A DNA stretch of 64,000 nucleotides from Takakia lepidozioides (lineage: Eukaryota; Plantae; Bryophyta). A program made the position numbers and the translations under genes. Shown in pieces: positions 36,664-49,447 of this stretch. The stretch covers positions 69,874,001-69,938,000 of the forward strand of contig CM060732.1 in NCBI GenBank assembly GCA_030704615.1, in the 5' to 3' direction. Numbering within the stretch: position 1 is the stretch's first letter; each line of letters begins with the position of its first letter. The notes under the pieces are model-generated. The model had not been told where the DNA came from. It made no database searches and saw only the letters and a program-made list of their open reading frames with translations.

Positions 36664-38141
36664 GCCTCTCATTTTATGATAATAGGGTCTTCAATGGGCA
36701 CGTGCGATGTGGCCGGTGGGCCCCGCGCACGGACGCCCGGCTCCCCAGCGCCCCGCCCGCCGCTGCGCGCGGTCGCCCAGCCGCGGGCGCGCCCGCGCCC
36801 CTGTCCGCCGCGCGGCCAGTCCGCCAGTCTGCCCGCTAGTCCGCTGGCCAGTCCCCTGCCATCCAGTCCAATGACGGCGCAGGATCGCCACCGTCCATTC
36901 CCATAACCCATCCGAGCCCTCCATTTTTAGGGCTGCAATTCAAACCTGCATCCCTGCCGCCTGCCACTTGCCAGCAGCCGCGAACGTGCGCACAGTTCTC
37001 CTGGCACGTTGTCGATCGTGTCTTGTACTGCGGCGCGTTTCTTGCATGTTCAGAAGCGTGTCCTTTGTACTGTATAGGGCATGGACGTGGAAACAAAACC
37101 CGATGATATACTGATCACGGAAAGCCCGCTTATACGGCCTCTTCGACAATGTTTGCAAACAGCAAAACCAGGACCCTTCGACATGAAGGATCTCCATTGG
37201 AAGAGTGAGACGCAATATGGGTTTATGAGTGTGCGAGTGAATGTTGAAAAGGCCTGCATACCTTGGGATAGAGTTGGTGACTTCGTCCTAGGAGAGGAGA
37301 GTTTGGAGGACTATCCCACTCAGTTTTGGGTGAATGTCCATTCTAAAGTGGAACCCGGCTCGTGAAAAGCACCCAGAGCCAACACATTTCTGTCCAGTAT
37401 TATGTCTGCACCATCCTCAGTCATTTTGACGTTTCATTGCATGTCTGTTGCCATTTTTTGTTTCACGAGTTCTCTGATTTTATGCTTCCTCAAGTCGTTG
37501 GATATCGATTTTAGAATTTTCTGTCCAGGTATCAATGCTGCTACGGTCCTGATGACAAGCGCACCAACAAGGCAATAGTGGAAGATCCAAAACAGAAGCG
37601 TGGAGGACCTCTTGTGGGTGCTGGAACANNNNNNNNNNNNNNNNNNNNNNNNNNNNNNNNNNNNNNNNNNNNNNNNNNNNNNNNNNNNNNNNNNNNNNNN
37701 NNNNNNNNNNNNNNNNNNNNNNNNNNNNNNNNNNNNNNNNNNNNNNNNNNNNNNNNNNNNNNNNNNNNNNNNNNNNNNNNNNNNNNNNNNNNNNNNNNNN
37801 NNNNNNNNNNNNNNNNNNNNNNNNNNNNNNNNNNNNNNNNNNNNNNNNNNNNNNNNNNNNNNNNNNNNNNNNNNNNNNNNNNNNNNNNNNNNNNNNNNNN
37901 NNNNNNNNNNNNNNNNNNNNNNNNNNNNNNNNNNNNNNNNNNNNNNNNNNNNNNNNNNNNNNNNNNNNNNNNNNNNNNNNNNNNNNNNNNNNNNNNNNNN
38001 NNNNNNNNNNNNNNNNNNNNNNNNNNNNNNNNNNNNNNNNNNNNNNNNNNNNNNNNNNNNNNNNNNNNNNNNNNNNNNNNNNNNNNNNNNNNNNNNNNNN
38101 NNNNNNNNNNNNNNNNNNNNNNNNNNNNCAAAATACGCTGT
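36664..38141 (+). mobile_element. Mutator (MULE) element, 5' half: TIR plus N-terminal exons of a SWIM-type transposase
   Basis: The GC-rich TIR 36664-36935 is near-identical to 44019-44274. ORF 37081 has IPWDRVGDFVLGEESLEDYPTQFWV and the exon at 37529 has YQCCYGPDDKR; both are N-terminal motifs of plant SWIM/MULE transposase-like proteins. Interrupted by the N gap. Confidence 0.8.
37629..38128. other. Assembly gap (exactly 500 N)
   Basis: Run of 500 n, probably a fixed-size scaffolding spacer. Confidence 0.99.
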
Positions 38142-38791
38142 ATGGACAATGATCAGACTAAAGGGGTGTGTAAAGTAGTAGGTAGCGGTAGTGTGACCAG
38201 AACTGGCCTGCTCTCATTGATTTGTCGTTAATACAAAGGGGAACTTCGTGAACAAGCAGAGGATGTTGAGATTGTAGCATGTTGTAAATGACAAACAATA
38301 GTGTAGTACTTATCTGCTGCCAATTCACTCGAAGCGGTTTGTTCCTGAAGGTTACGAATCCCAAATTCTGCAAACTACTCTATGTAGTGTGTGGTGTGAA
38401 GGGTGCTCTACATTCTTACCCTTCATCTTACCCTTCATCGTTGAAGGGTGCCAAAGATAGCTACCCGTGAAAAACAAGTCAAATTTCTTAGCGCCCATCA
38501 CTGGAAAGGGCACACTTGCCATTCATTTAGCGGATATTAATCCCCCTCGATCATGTTTTACACATGAACGTTGCTTACAAGGCACACCAGAGATCGGCAG
38601 TAAAGGGTTAAAAACTTCACATAACAAGTGGGGCGGTCCGTGGCACTTTGCACGAACTTAATTTACACTTGGCTTGGCTACAAGAATGGGACACATCTCG
38701 ACTCTACAACTATCGGACCCACCCAAACATCATCGTTGACATCATATTTTCTCAATTTTGGAGGATTCCATGTCAAACTTGACTGTTTATT

Positions 38792-39655
38792 GGCTCTGTC
38801 TTGCAAGGGATAGAGGCATTGTGGAGACTTCTTGCCTAGTGGGAGAACGGAGAACTAGGCTTATCCATTAAGCCTAGAGAGAGAGCCTAGTCTTTAGAGG
38901 GTTGATGGGACCCGCAAGGGATAGAGGCATAGTGGATACATCTTTAGGGAGAGAACTAAGCTTATCCATTAAGCCTAGTCTATGGAGGGTTGATGGGAAT
39001 GATTCATGAAGCCCTACAAAAAGTATAAAAGAACAACCACAAAATCACCAAAGGACAGAGCCACTTGTTGGCTCTGTCCCAGGCATTGTGGAGACTTCTT
39101 GCCTAGGCGGAGACAGAGAACTAGGCTTATCCATTAAGCCTAGAGAGAGATAGAGAGAGCCTAGTCATTAGAGGGTTGATGGGACCCACAAGGGATAGAT
39201 GCATTGTGGAGACATCTTTAGGGAGAGAACTCGGCTTATCCATTAAGCCTAGAGAGAGAGAGCCCCTAGTCTTTAGAAGGTTGATGGGACCGTAAGGGAT
39301 AGAGGCATTGTGGAGACTTCTTGCCTAGGCGGAGAACCAGGCTTATCCATTAAGCCTAGAGAGAGAGAGAGCCTAGTCTTTAGAGGGTTGATGGACCCGC
39401 AAGGGATAGAGGCATTGTGGAGACTTCTTGCCTAGGCGGAGAACCGGGCTTATCCATTAAGCCTAGAGAGAGACTAGTCTGGAGAGGGCTGATGGGACCC
39501 GCAAGGGATAGAGGCATAGTGGATACATCTTTAGGGAGAGAACTAGGCTTATCCATTAAGCCTAGTCTATGGAGGGTTGATGGGAATGATTCATGAAGCC
39601 CTACAAAAAGTATAAAAGAACAACCACAAAATCACCAAAGGACAGAGCCTCTTGT
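38792..39655. repeat. Tandem array of ~105-bp units (7 copies) with an internal hairpin and higher-order duplication
   Basis: Unit aagggatagaggcat.gtgga.ac...gaact(a)ggcttatccattaagcctag(ga)n...gagggttgatggga. 38915-39063 is duplicated at 39503-39650. Confidence 0.9.
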
Positions 39656-39979
39656 GGCGGAGCCGCTTGTTATATGTATGTGCTAGGTCAATTTGAGAAA
39701 TTCTACTACGGGAAATATCTCATGTTCTCCAGCAGTGCAATCAACTGTATCATGGCCTGTCCACACAATCGATATGACTCACTGGCTTTCTCGCAGATAA
39801 CGTCCTAGAAGTCCGTGCAGTCACTGTTTCTGTGGACCCTGGGGGACGGGAGTTATATAGTCAGGCCACCAAACTCTGTTGAGATCAGCAAAAGGTTTAT
39901 GTAAGAAAGCAAACCTTAAAGCTCGGTTACTCTCGGAATTAGATCTACATGTTCCTTTCAAAAAGTGTCGATTTCACTC

Positions 39980-40270
39980 AACTCAGTGCATTTTAAATAC
40001 AACATTCCGAAATAGGTTCAGGACAAGTAAAACTGAGGATGAAGTGTATGGAAGTTTACAACAGTTAAAGCAAAAGAAGCATGAAATTGTTGAGGAGTAT
40101 ATGGAAAAAATGGAATTGATGATGAAAAAGCTGGCTGCTGTACCAGCACCAAGTTTACAGTTGTGAGTGGACTAAGACCAGAGTTGCAAAAGAAAGTGGA
40201 TATGTTACCCCATAATATAGTGGAGGAGGCATTTGAAACAACGAACAGAATTGAGCAATTGAGAAGCAAT
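39980..40270 (+). mobile_element. Ty3/gypsy retrotransposon gag relic
   Basis: FRNRF...LQQLKQKKHEIVEEYMEKMELMMKKL...[frameshift]SGLRPELQKKV, matching the retrotrans_gag Q-x3-E-x-V-x-EY and GL-P pattern. Confidence 0.6.
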
Positions 40271-42129
40271 GCATGTAGAACATGTACTTTCGTTAAAGTT
40301 TGATACTCCCAGTTATGATTCAAAGATCTCACAATGCAATTCTAGCACCATAAACTCAACGCATGCGCGTGCCCAGGAGGTGTTAACTGAATCACAGCTT
40401 GCACTGATTCAGAAGACTTCAGGTATGACCTCAGTCTGTGACGGACTCCAAGAGCAACTCTTGAATGCCGTGATGGGCCCGATAATCGACCATACAACTT
40501 ACAAGGATGGGATGCTATAGGAGGGCAGTGCATTGTTCACGAGTAGCTAGATGACTACAAGTGCTGCTTGGGCTTTTATTCTTCGGAAGCACATAAAAAG
40601 TCTGTCGACAATATCAGCGGTTAGTATCGTGCCAAATCTCGGTGTTTGCCGATCCGGAACAGTCGAAAGTGCTGGTGGGTTTTTGAGCTTGAGAAAAAAG
40701 AGGAGTGCCTTTGCGTTGGGCGGCCGGACACCAGCATCACATCTTCAGAGTTGGGCTTTCGTCTGTAACGAGTTCTAAGTCTCCTCATATGTTCTCTTTC
40801 TAGTTTGATGGAATATCCCGGAGGGGCATGGGGTAATACTGAAGCGATGTACTCATTGCACATGATTGGTTGCTGGAAAAGTCCTGAAGGATCATCCATC
40901 TAAACCCTACTTCCCCGAGAACCAATAGAAGGTGCTTCTCATGCATAGCCGTCTCTTTGTTCTGAACAAGTAGACTTTGCATAAGCCCGACGGTCTAAAA
41001 TCGCTTGTTCTAGATAGAAACGACCATTTTAGAGTGCTGCCTTCCTGTTTGGAACGTTTTTGTAAATGTTGAAAACAATTATGACGTGGTCCAGTACTCA
41101 ACGAAATTTTCTTGGAAACAAGTTGCGAATGGCCATGGAGACATGAACTCGAGCGAGTAGTGTAATTCTCACCCTGTCACATAACAGGAACGATATTTGT
41201 CAATTTCGTTAGCTAGTCCGGGAGGTTGAGCTTTGAAGGTCATTGAATGTACACTTGGTCACAGCCTGTTGATGAGTCCTGATGTGTACAGTTTTGGGCT
41301 AATAGTCAACATCTTCCGGGTCAGCAGGCTAGCCGTAAAAACGAACACCACTTGAGACAGCGGGGCTCTCTCCTGAAGCATAGTGGACTTACCTCATGGA
41401 CCGGCCTTACGAACACTTGCCGCCTCTGTTCAGGTGCCTCACTTATTATCAATACTTGCATTCTCTACCTCAATCCCTGAGCAGATTGTTCCCTTCTCCC
41501 GTCTACAAATTTCGTGACTAAGAATCTTCAGTCCTCTACTATAATCTCACTTATTTAAGTCAAGGCTGTCTTACTTCCACATCTACCTTTTTGCATCTCT
41601 GTCTCCTTGGCAGCATAGAAGTTTGCCGTGTCTAAATTGCAAAAGTGTGTGGGGGTTACTTGAACCTCGAAGACCAGTACTCGTAATAGCAAATTAAGGC
41701 TGCAGAGCTTACAGTGGTGGAACAAGATGAGGCAACTGAGGTCGAGCACCCGGAGTACACGTCCAGAGCCGCTTCTTATTAGGTTCGTCTATACTTCATA
41801 TGCATGTATGACTTTGAAAGATCACCATTGTCAGCTACTAGATTGTATCCAGCTGCAGACGTATCGCAGTAGAAACACTCGAGGCCCTGCAGACTTATAC
41901 TAGATTGGTGGATTGTTTGAGAACCGTAAGTCGATCAGAGGTTTTCTTTTATTGCATCACAGGTCAAGCGGGCAATGTCCCTGATTAAACATCTGGACAA
42001 AGTAGCTTCTTTTCTAGGCTGCATGTTGACATGTTTCGAAATTAACACTCAGGAGCACGCCACATCAGAAGAGCAACGCAGCAGTTCAGAGGAGCCATCG
42101 GCAAGCGCGGGCGATAACGTTTCTTAAGG

Positions 42130-43226
42130 TTAGCAATATTGGAGGAGGTTTCAGGGTTTCTTTCACGTGAAGTTCGAGGACTGTGCAACAGTGGGCCAAC
42201 TGAAGGAGATCATAGCTTCTCAGAAAGGCCTCGACGTGATAGAAGTGCTTTATCGAGGAGTCTGCCTGGACGACGATGCTCGAGAACTTTCTTTCCTCCT
42301 TCCTGATCTCCGGAATATTGGCCCTCCACGATTTGCAGTGCATACGAGGATTCGACCCCAAGTCATACCCAATGGTATCTGCGTAAATGTAAGGACCCTC
42401 ATGCGGCAGACATTGCAGGTCTATTTAGCATCGGACGAATGCACGCTCCTTGAATTGAAGAATGCAATCGAGGGTCATGAAGGCATGTCATCCCGAGAAC
42501 AATCCTTGACATATGGTGGCAAGCAACTCACAAAGGATGACTCGACCTTGAGAGAGTACAACTTGGAATCAGGATGTACCGTTCGTCTGGCGGGGAGGTT
42601 GCGTGGTGGTGCTAGGATGAAACAGGAGCCAGCTGAAACTGATTCAACTTGCTTTGTTGACCTGGAGAACCGCGTAAAAATCGCTATCAGCAAGAAGGCA
42701 CCGAATTGGAGGGTCTCGGAGGAGGGTTTAAATGTTGAAGGGCGATGCACTACCCAGACACAGTGCCTATGAGCAGTGGGTTATCTGCAGAAAGGGCTTC
42801 ACCGTTTTCAACAAAGAGGAGCAGGTACATTGCCCAGTTTGCAAGGAGACGGTCGTGGCTGAGACATGTGCATTCCGCAAGTGCTTGTGGATGTTTGAGG
42901 GCCGCCAGACAGGAGCATATTCCATTGACATGATGAGCCACTGGCAGATGGCTGGCAGCAAGTATGAACGGTTTCATGAAGAAGGAGGCAGGAACACTGC
43001 AGAGTGGAGCAGACTTATCATCACCAGCAGGAAGTTACCGAGCAATAGGTCTCTCAGGAATGGGAATAATGGAGAATGCCCCATCTGCTATGAGGACTTA
43101 ACTTCTTCCTCGCAAGATTCCCACTACACCACGGCATGTGGTCATAGGTTTCATCCCGCTTGTGTGAATAGTTGGCTGGAAACTGGTCACATTACTTGCC
43201 CCATGTGCAGAAACTCCATGATCTAG
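42130..43226 (+). pseudogene. Ubiquitin-like x2 (second ends LRGG) + Cys-rich unknown domain + RING-H2; frameshifted
   Basis: ORF 42167-42772 has two Ubl folds (TVGQLKEII...LYRGVCLDD; LKNAIEGHEGM...QSLTYGGKQL...TLREYNLESGCTVRLAGRLRGG). A frameshift at ~42762 leads into ORF 42732-43226, which ends with CPIC...CGHRFHPAC...WL...CPMC. No clean start codon in frame. Confidence 0.75.
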
Positions 43227-45966
43227 CAACAACTTAACCGATGTCTAACGCCTGGCCGAAACTTCGTAGATATACGTGTAAGCACGTTGGATCATGTTGT
43301 ACAGTAGTAGTTCTTCAAACTTTTGTCGTCTGGATCGCCAATTTCTGACTTTGCACGATCACCTCGTTGACTGGACCCTGGAAACTGATCCCATCTGGAG
43401 GATCATTTTGTAAATCTGAATGCAAAATCCGCATTTTGAAGATTAGCACTGCCTCAAGTGTTTTCGGAGACACCAGCGTGAATTACGATATGGTGCAAAA
43501 TTGAATCAGTTAATATAGTCGGACAAAGAGGGTTCAGAGATGGTATCAAAGTTGCCTATCCTCGAGAAGTTCATATTAATGCACTACGTCTTTGAGCATG
43601 AACTTGCAACAACGATGTCAGGGTGTTTCGGTGTTCTGTGAATTGAAGTGGTTGAGACTCCCTTGTTTGTTGGCCCTGCCTTCCTAAGGCAGGACTACGC
43701 AATGGTTTCAGCTGCTTTAGCACCGATACTTTCGATTAGACTTCCAATTCGATCGAGACAGTTGTCAAGAGAATATTCTGTCATTTAATGAATGACATCC
43801 GTTCAACTTCTTGTGCATGCCATAAATGAAATTCCATTGGATATTATTGTGCGTGCCACCTGGGTGATTCAGGGCTCAAATCTTGTTACCTTGATTAATT
43901 ATGTGATCTTCCAGATTTTTTACTACCTATGCATAATTACTGTACGGCAGGGCTTGCATGAGTTCCATGCATTTATTTCACTGTAATATCGTCCTAATAT
44001 TGTGCCTTACACCTGTTGGCTTCTCATTTTAAGATAATAGGGTCTTCAATGGGCACGTGCGATGTGGCCGGTGGGCCCCGCGCACGGACGCCCGGCTCCC
44101 CAGCACCCCGCTCGCCCAGCCGCGGGCGCGGCTGCAACAACCGCGCCTGCGCCCTCGTCCGCCAGTCTGCCCGCCAGTCCGCTGGCCAGTCCCCTGCCAT
44201 CCAGTCCGATGACGGCGCAGGATCGCCACCGTCCATTCCCATAACCCATCCGAGCCCTCCATTTTTAGGGCTGCGAAAATGACAATGATCTTCCGACCAA
44301 ATCCCGGCCGCTCTCTATTGACGGCTGTTTGTTGTCCGATGTTGCGGTAGGCGTTTCCATGCACGCGACTGTTCATCTTTTGCGCGCGATGTTCATGATG
44401 ATGATGAAACGTGTGCTTGAACATGAGAGGACTGTCTGGGCACTACAGCCACCATCGTGCATATGCTTCCACTATTTTTGCCTTCTTGTTGTGCTTTCGG
44501 GAACCTTCGTTTTATGGTTTGGTTCTATGTCATAAATATGGAAAATGCGGACATCTGTCGTCGATAACGTCCTCTGCTTGTGATCCGTCATGATACGTTT
44601 AGCCCCTTCGTACTGCATCCCTCATGAGAGCCTTCACAAGTTTAGTTCGTTAAAGGAACCCATGGGTAACATGGGCGCGAAAATGGTGGAAGCGTATGCA
44701 CATGGGGGCGTATATTGCAGATTTCGTATCGGACGATGGGACTGTTTATGTGACCAAGTATAGTGGCTTGTATCCGTTGTACATAAGTTGTGGAAAAGGG
44801 TAGAGAATCTGAAGAAACCCAGCTTCGTGATGGATCCACATGGTATTATATAAGGGATGGCAGCACAAAAAAACAATTCGAGTCGTCACGGAACACCATC
44901 CAGTCGTAAGGTCCTCAAACATCCACACGAACCTGCTGAATGCAGATGTCTGAGCCACGACGGGAGATGTCTGAGACAATTTCATCTGTAAATGCGCGTG
45001 GATGTTTGAGGTCCGTTGTGTCGCGAGTCTGTTCACAGTGGGTCCGCTGGCCCGTCAGTGCTCCGGATATTTCCCTTATCGCGTGCATAACAGTCAGTTT
45101 GGAGGCGGTCTGCTGGAAGTCCGTCTGTTGGGATAGCAGTCTGTTGCACTTGTGAATTTGTCAGTCTGTTGTGTCAGAAGTCTGTTGCACTAAGTCTGTT
45201 TGACTTCTTATTTTCCCTCCGGTCAGTCTTTTGGCTTGTTCTCCCGCCAGTCTGGCGAAACGTCCGTCTGCTGGACAGTTCTCCTCTATGGATATCAGTC
45301 TGTTGGACTGTGCATACATCAGTCTGTTGTGCCGCGAGTCTGTTCGCAATGGGTGTGTTCGACTTTCCTGTTCTCCCCTTACTCTCTTTTGTCTTCATTC
45401 CGCTGGCAGGGAAGTGCCTCCAATATGAAGCCGCTTCGCCTCAGCAAAGCGAATAGTCCGCTGGACTGGCGGTCCGCTGGACTCTCGGCCCGATGGGAAA
45501 TAAGTCTGCTGCACTTGCGAGGAGCGTGGATGAATTTAGTACGATCCGTTCGTTCGGTGGACGTATTCAATGCGATGACGGCGGATAGTTGGCGCCTGTG
45601 AAATCGCGCCACGTTGGCAGTGCCATGCCCGCTTTCCCCCTTCTACTTCTACTTTCTCCATTCTCTTCGCGCCTGTTTCTTCGCACAGTTTTGCACTGCT
45701 TTGTTTTCCTCTTTGCGTTTCCATCACCGTAACGAAAGACGACCGTTCTTCCCCAGGTGTGGAGAGTCGCGGTGAGCCGCGAAGCGTCGCAAACACGCTC
45801 GCCTTCGTAACAACTCGAAGTTCATCGGCTCGGTGAGGTTCTCACTTGCTGCGGTGTTTCCATTCCATTCTGTGTCCTCTTCTTGTTTAGGGTGAGTCTT
45901 TTCATAGGACTTCTATCTGTCGCTCTGTCGATCATTGTCCTTGCACCTTCGTTTCATTCTGCAGCG

Positions 45967-48900
45967 ATGGAGGATGCTTGTGAAAAAGGTGGAGCGGACT
46001 GGTTGGATTTTGTGCACCAAACCAGACTGAAGAAGGAGCGAAGGTACTGGTACTCACGAGACGAGTTTGATCATAAAATAGTGGAAGCATTTGTAGACCT
46101 CCGCGCCCGGAAGCCCAAAAACTCGAATTGGCAGAAGGACAAGCTCTTCTGTCCCTTCTGTGAAGAGGTAATCAAGGACAAAATCCAACTAAATCGGCAT
46201 TGTGTTGACACGGGTTGCAAGGAGACTGTTGCAATGATTCCACGGGATTTCAAGCCTTGGCCGATACTGAAAGAAATGTCGATTGTCAAATAGGCCACAA
46301 TGCGCTTGCGCGGATCAGTGCTTGACCCCCGCACTTTGGAATTAGACGAAGTGCGCGCACGGTATGGCGTCCATTGTGGTGGCCCGTCAATGGAGGATTT
46401 GCAAGTGCAGGGAACGCTGGACGCTCCCAGAAAACGTAAACTGAGTGATGGGGCCCAAAAAAAGGAGAGGCAAAAAAAGGAGAAGGCTGCAAGGTCTGCT
46501 CGCGAGGCAAGGGCAAAATCCACGCACCAGACTGAACCCCGTCCTGGGCGACAGACCCACACCATCAGTACTGATACTGAAAGTGAATCTGCTCAGGGCG
46601 TGGAAGGGGTGACAAGTCCAGTGGACATTGACTTGTCTGACCAGTCTCGGCAGCAGACTCACACAAATATCGCGACCCATGCCATCGGTTTAGGGTCAAA
46701 ACCAAAAACTCAACAGAGCACTGAAGGGCCAGTCTGCCCTGGCACATTGCGCCTCGTTGACTTTGGGCTTTTCCCACCAGAGTGCCCACCAATTGGGGAT
46801 CCAAACTTCTTCCGTTATTTCTACAGAGTTGCCCAGTCAGGTCTGCTACGCACATTAATCCGACATGCGGAACAGAACTGGTTGAACAGCTTTGAAGATG
46901 AAGATGACGATGATGAAGTAGGGGATGTAATGGTCAGTCTGACCGCCCAGTCTGTTTTCTGTGCTGTTTGAGTCCATCATCGGGGTCACGTTGCCTATTC
47001 AGTCTGGTCAATCCCCTGCGTTCTCTCCTCAGTCCGCTGGCTCAGTCCGCTCGTCAGTTAGTCTGTTTTATATCGCTGCATTACTTACTGAGTCCGTTTG
47101 TCAGTCCGCTGGTCCAGTCCACTGATATAGTCTACTAGTTGCCTCCACCCTACGTACGCACGTTACAGTCTGCTGGTCTGTGAGTCCAGTCCGCTGCATG
47201 AGGTGAATATAGAGTCCACGTCCATATTCCTGACGTCGAAGTGCTCTGCCGTGTACCATGATGAACGTATTTCTATTCGTCGGGCCATTCAGGCTTGGCG
47301 GAAACCTAGCAATGATATCACAGATGGAAGGACTGACCAGGATGACTCGGAGCGGCAGACTGCACAGCTCAGCTCTGACTGCACAGTTCAGATTGCACGG
47401 CCTGACCAGCACACTGCACACTTCACAGAGGGAAGGACTGATGACCAACTTGCCACCGAGCACATTGCCCACATTGAGGAAGAGACTGAACCGCAGAGTT
47501 GCCAGCAGACTCCACAGTTCACAGACGAAGAACCGGCGGCCGAGCATACTGCCCACATTGAGCAACAGACTGAATATGCTGGCAGGCACACTTGACAAGG
47601 AACCACATGCGGCGCAGACACCGTCTGGTATAGCGCTGGATTACATGGAGTCTGCTCCCTCACCCCTTGGGCAGGTTGTGCCATTTCCTCTTTCAGCACT
47701 GTTGTTTATGTTTTAGCACATTGTGAAATTGGACTAATTCGACATTTTGCTCGGTATCCTCACAGGATGTTCGTCCCTCCGTCAGCAGACTGTCTACTTC
47801 TGAGGACATGACATCTTCCGCCCCTGCTGCAAACGTGGGATCGACAGCCAAGAAAGGTGTGGGGGTGAGCACGCCCCTCGATGCGCGGGTCAGTTCTACA
47901 CATGCGACCCACGAAGCTGCAAAGACAGGTCCAGCAAGTGTAAACAAACTTGCTGACCAGCCTCTGTTGCGAAGTAGGGCGGCAGCACTGCGTTTGTCTG
48001 CTCTATCCAGCCCGCCTACAGCTGTCCCTGCTTCCCAAGGGAGAGGCAAAGCCAAGAAGCGGACTGTCGTGGACAATGCTGAGGAGGTCGAGGAGGGTCC
48101 GAGTACCAAGAGACCGGCGAAGAAAAAGTCTGACGTCTTTATGAACAAGAACCACTAGCTGGCCTTGGACATGGACAAAGATGTGGGTCGTTTCCTAGAG
48201 CAGCACAGGTGAGTACTATGCTCAGTCTCCTCGTCTATCTTTGTCGTTAAGTGCTTTGCGCTCTGTTGTGGTCAGTCTGCTGCTGGTTTCATCATTGTCT
48301 GTTGTGGTTAGTCTTGTCAGTCTGATGAATTGTTCAGCCTGTAGAGTGTTTGGTACCATATTGACGTCAGTCTGTTCAGTACATGAGGCTTCCCGAAGGA
48401 TGGTCTGCTCTGTGTAGGATGGGTGCTCGGTTTGGCAAAGCACATGCTCTACACGTGAAAGCAGGTAATTTCGTGCTGATGTTTTTTGAAGGGGACCCAC
48501 GGTTTGAATGCGGACTGTCGCCGGATGACATAAAGGCGGTCCAGAAGGTTGAGTCGGAGTGCACAGATAGACTCCTGGAGCTGTGGTGTCGATTCTATAA
48601 GAAGTCGGTTGAGGCTGCGTTCATCAACACTATTGCTGTTCTTCCAACGTCGACGTGGACGGTGTTGAAGTCATTGGGGGTGGGGCAACATGAAAGCCTT
48701 CTGGAGGTCTTGAAAGGTTGCCTCAGCACTGAACGACTGGGCAAGGACTTGAAAGAGTGCGATTTCATTTTGGTGCCAATTGGGGACGAGTAAGAATTCT
48801 TCTGAGTCTGCTGAGACTGTCTCCTGAGTCATAGTCTGGTTTCGCAGTGTCGTCTTGACTCTGAGCGATTAAGTTGACCTTTGTATTTGTGCAGTGGATT

Positions 48901-49447
48901 GGGTTTGAAGATTGAGTCTGTTGAGTGCTGAGTCTGCTGAGTGGTCGGTTTGCTGAGTGTCAGTCTGCTGAGTCTGCCCATCATGATTGTGCAATGACGC
49001 CATGTTGTTTGATACCATTGCAGGGGGCACTGGAGTGTTTGTATCATCGACCTCCGCAAGGGCTGTTACACTCACCTGAACTCTATCAGGGACTTGCATA
49101 AATGTCCCTTTGTTCTAGGGTGGATTCGGAAGCTTCATGCGCAGTGCTTAGGGTACTCGATGGACTCACCAGAGTGGCATGAGATTGTCCAAGCATTTCA
49201 GTTCCACGCGCCTGATGTGCCCCAGCAACCATTCAGCTGGGAGTGTGGCTTTTACGTCATGTCATTCATTCAAGTGTTTTATGAGTGGGTAAAAGTCAGA
49301 GCAAATGTCTCCAAGACTGCAAAGCTAGAGAGAGGAACACTTTTCACGAAGGACTGGTTTACTTTCAAGTTTGCACTTGGGCAGCGAATGCAGTGTGCCC
49401 AGTATATCGTGCGGGGGTTGGACAATGTAGAGAAACTGCTCTCATGA
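45967..49447 (+). pseudogene. MULE-borne multi-exon gene ending in a Ulp1/C48 cysteine peptidase domain
   Basis: The N-terminal ORF has a CPFC...HC motif and an in-frame TAG at 46291. The last exons give DFILVPIGDE|GHWSVCIIDL...HLNS...VPQQPFSWECGFYVM, with the His, Gln and Cys of C48 peptidases. Internal exon structure only partly resolved. Confidence 0.75.

Noticed and set aside
36661-36924. GC-rich Pro/Arg/Ala ORFs here and at 44016-44424
   Set aside because: They lie in the transposon TIRs and are open only because of high GC content.
37541-38231. Long ORFs of 192-217 aa in the ORF track
   Set aside because: Artefacts of translating through the 500-N gap.
38792-39655. CRISPR-like array (palindromic repeat at regular spacing)
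   Set aside because: The sequences between hairpins are homologous to each other rather than unique spacers, there are no cas genes, and the context is eukaryotic.
42130-49447. Ubl-RING gene plus Ulp1 protease as one conjugation/deconjugation system
   Set aside because: The Ubl-RING gene lies outside the MULE boundary (TIR and TSD at 44010-44019). The adjacency is best explained by where the transposon inserted.
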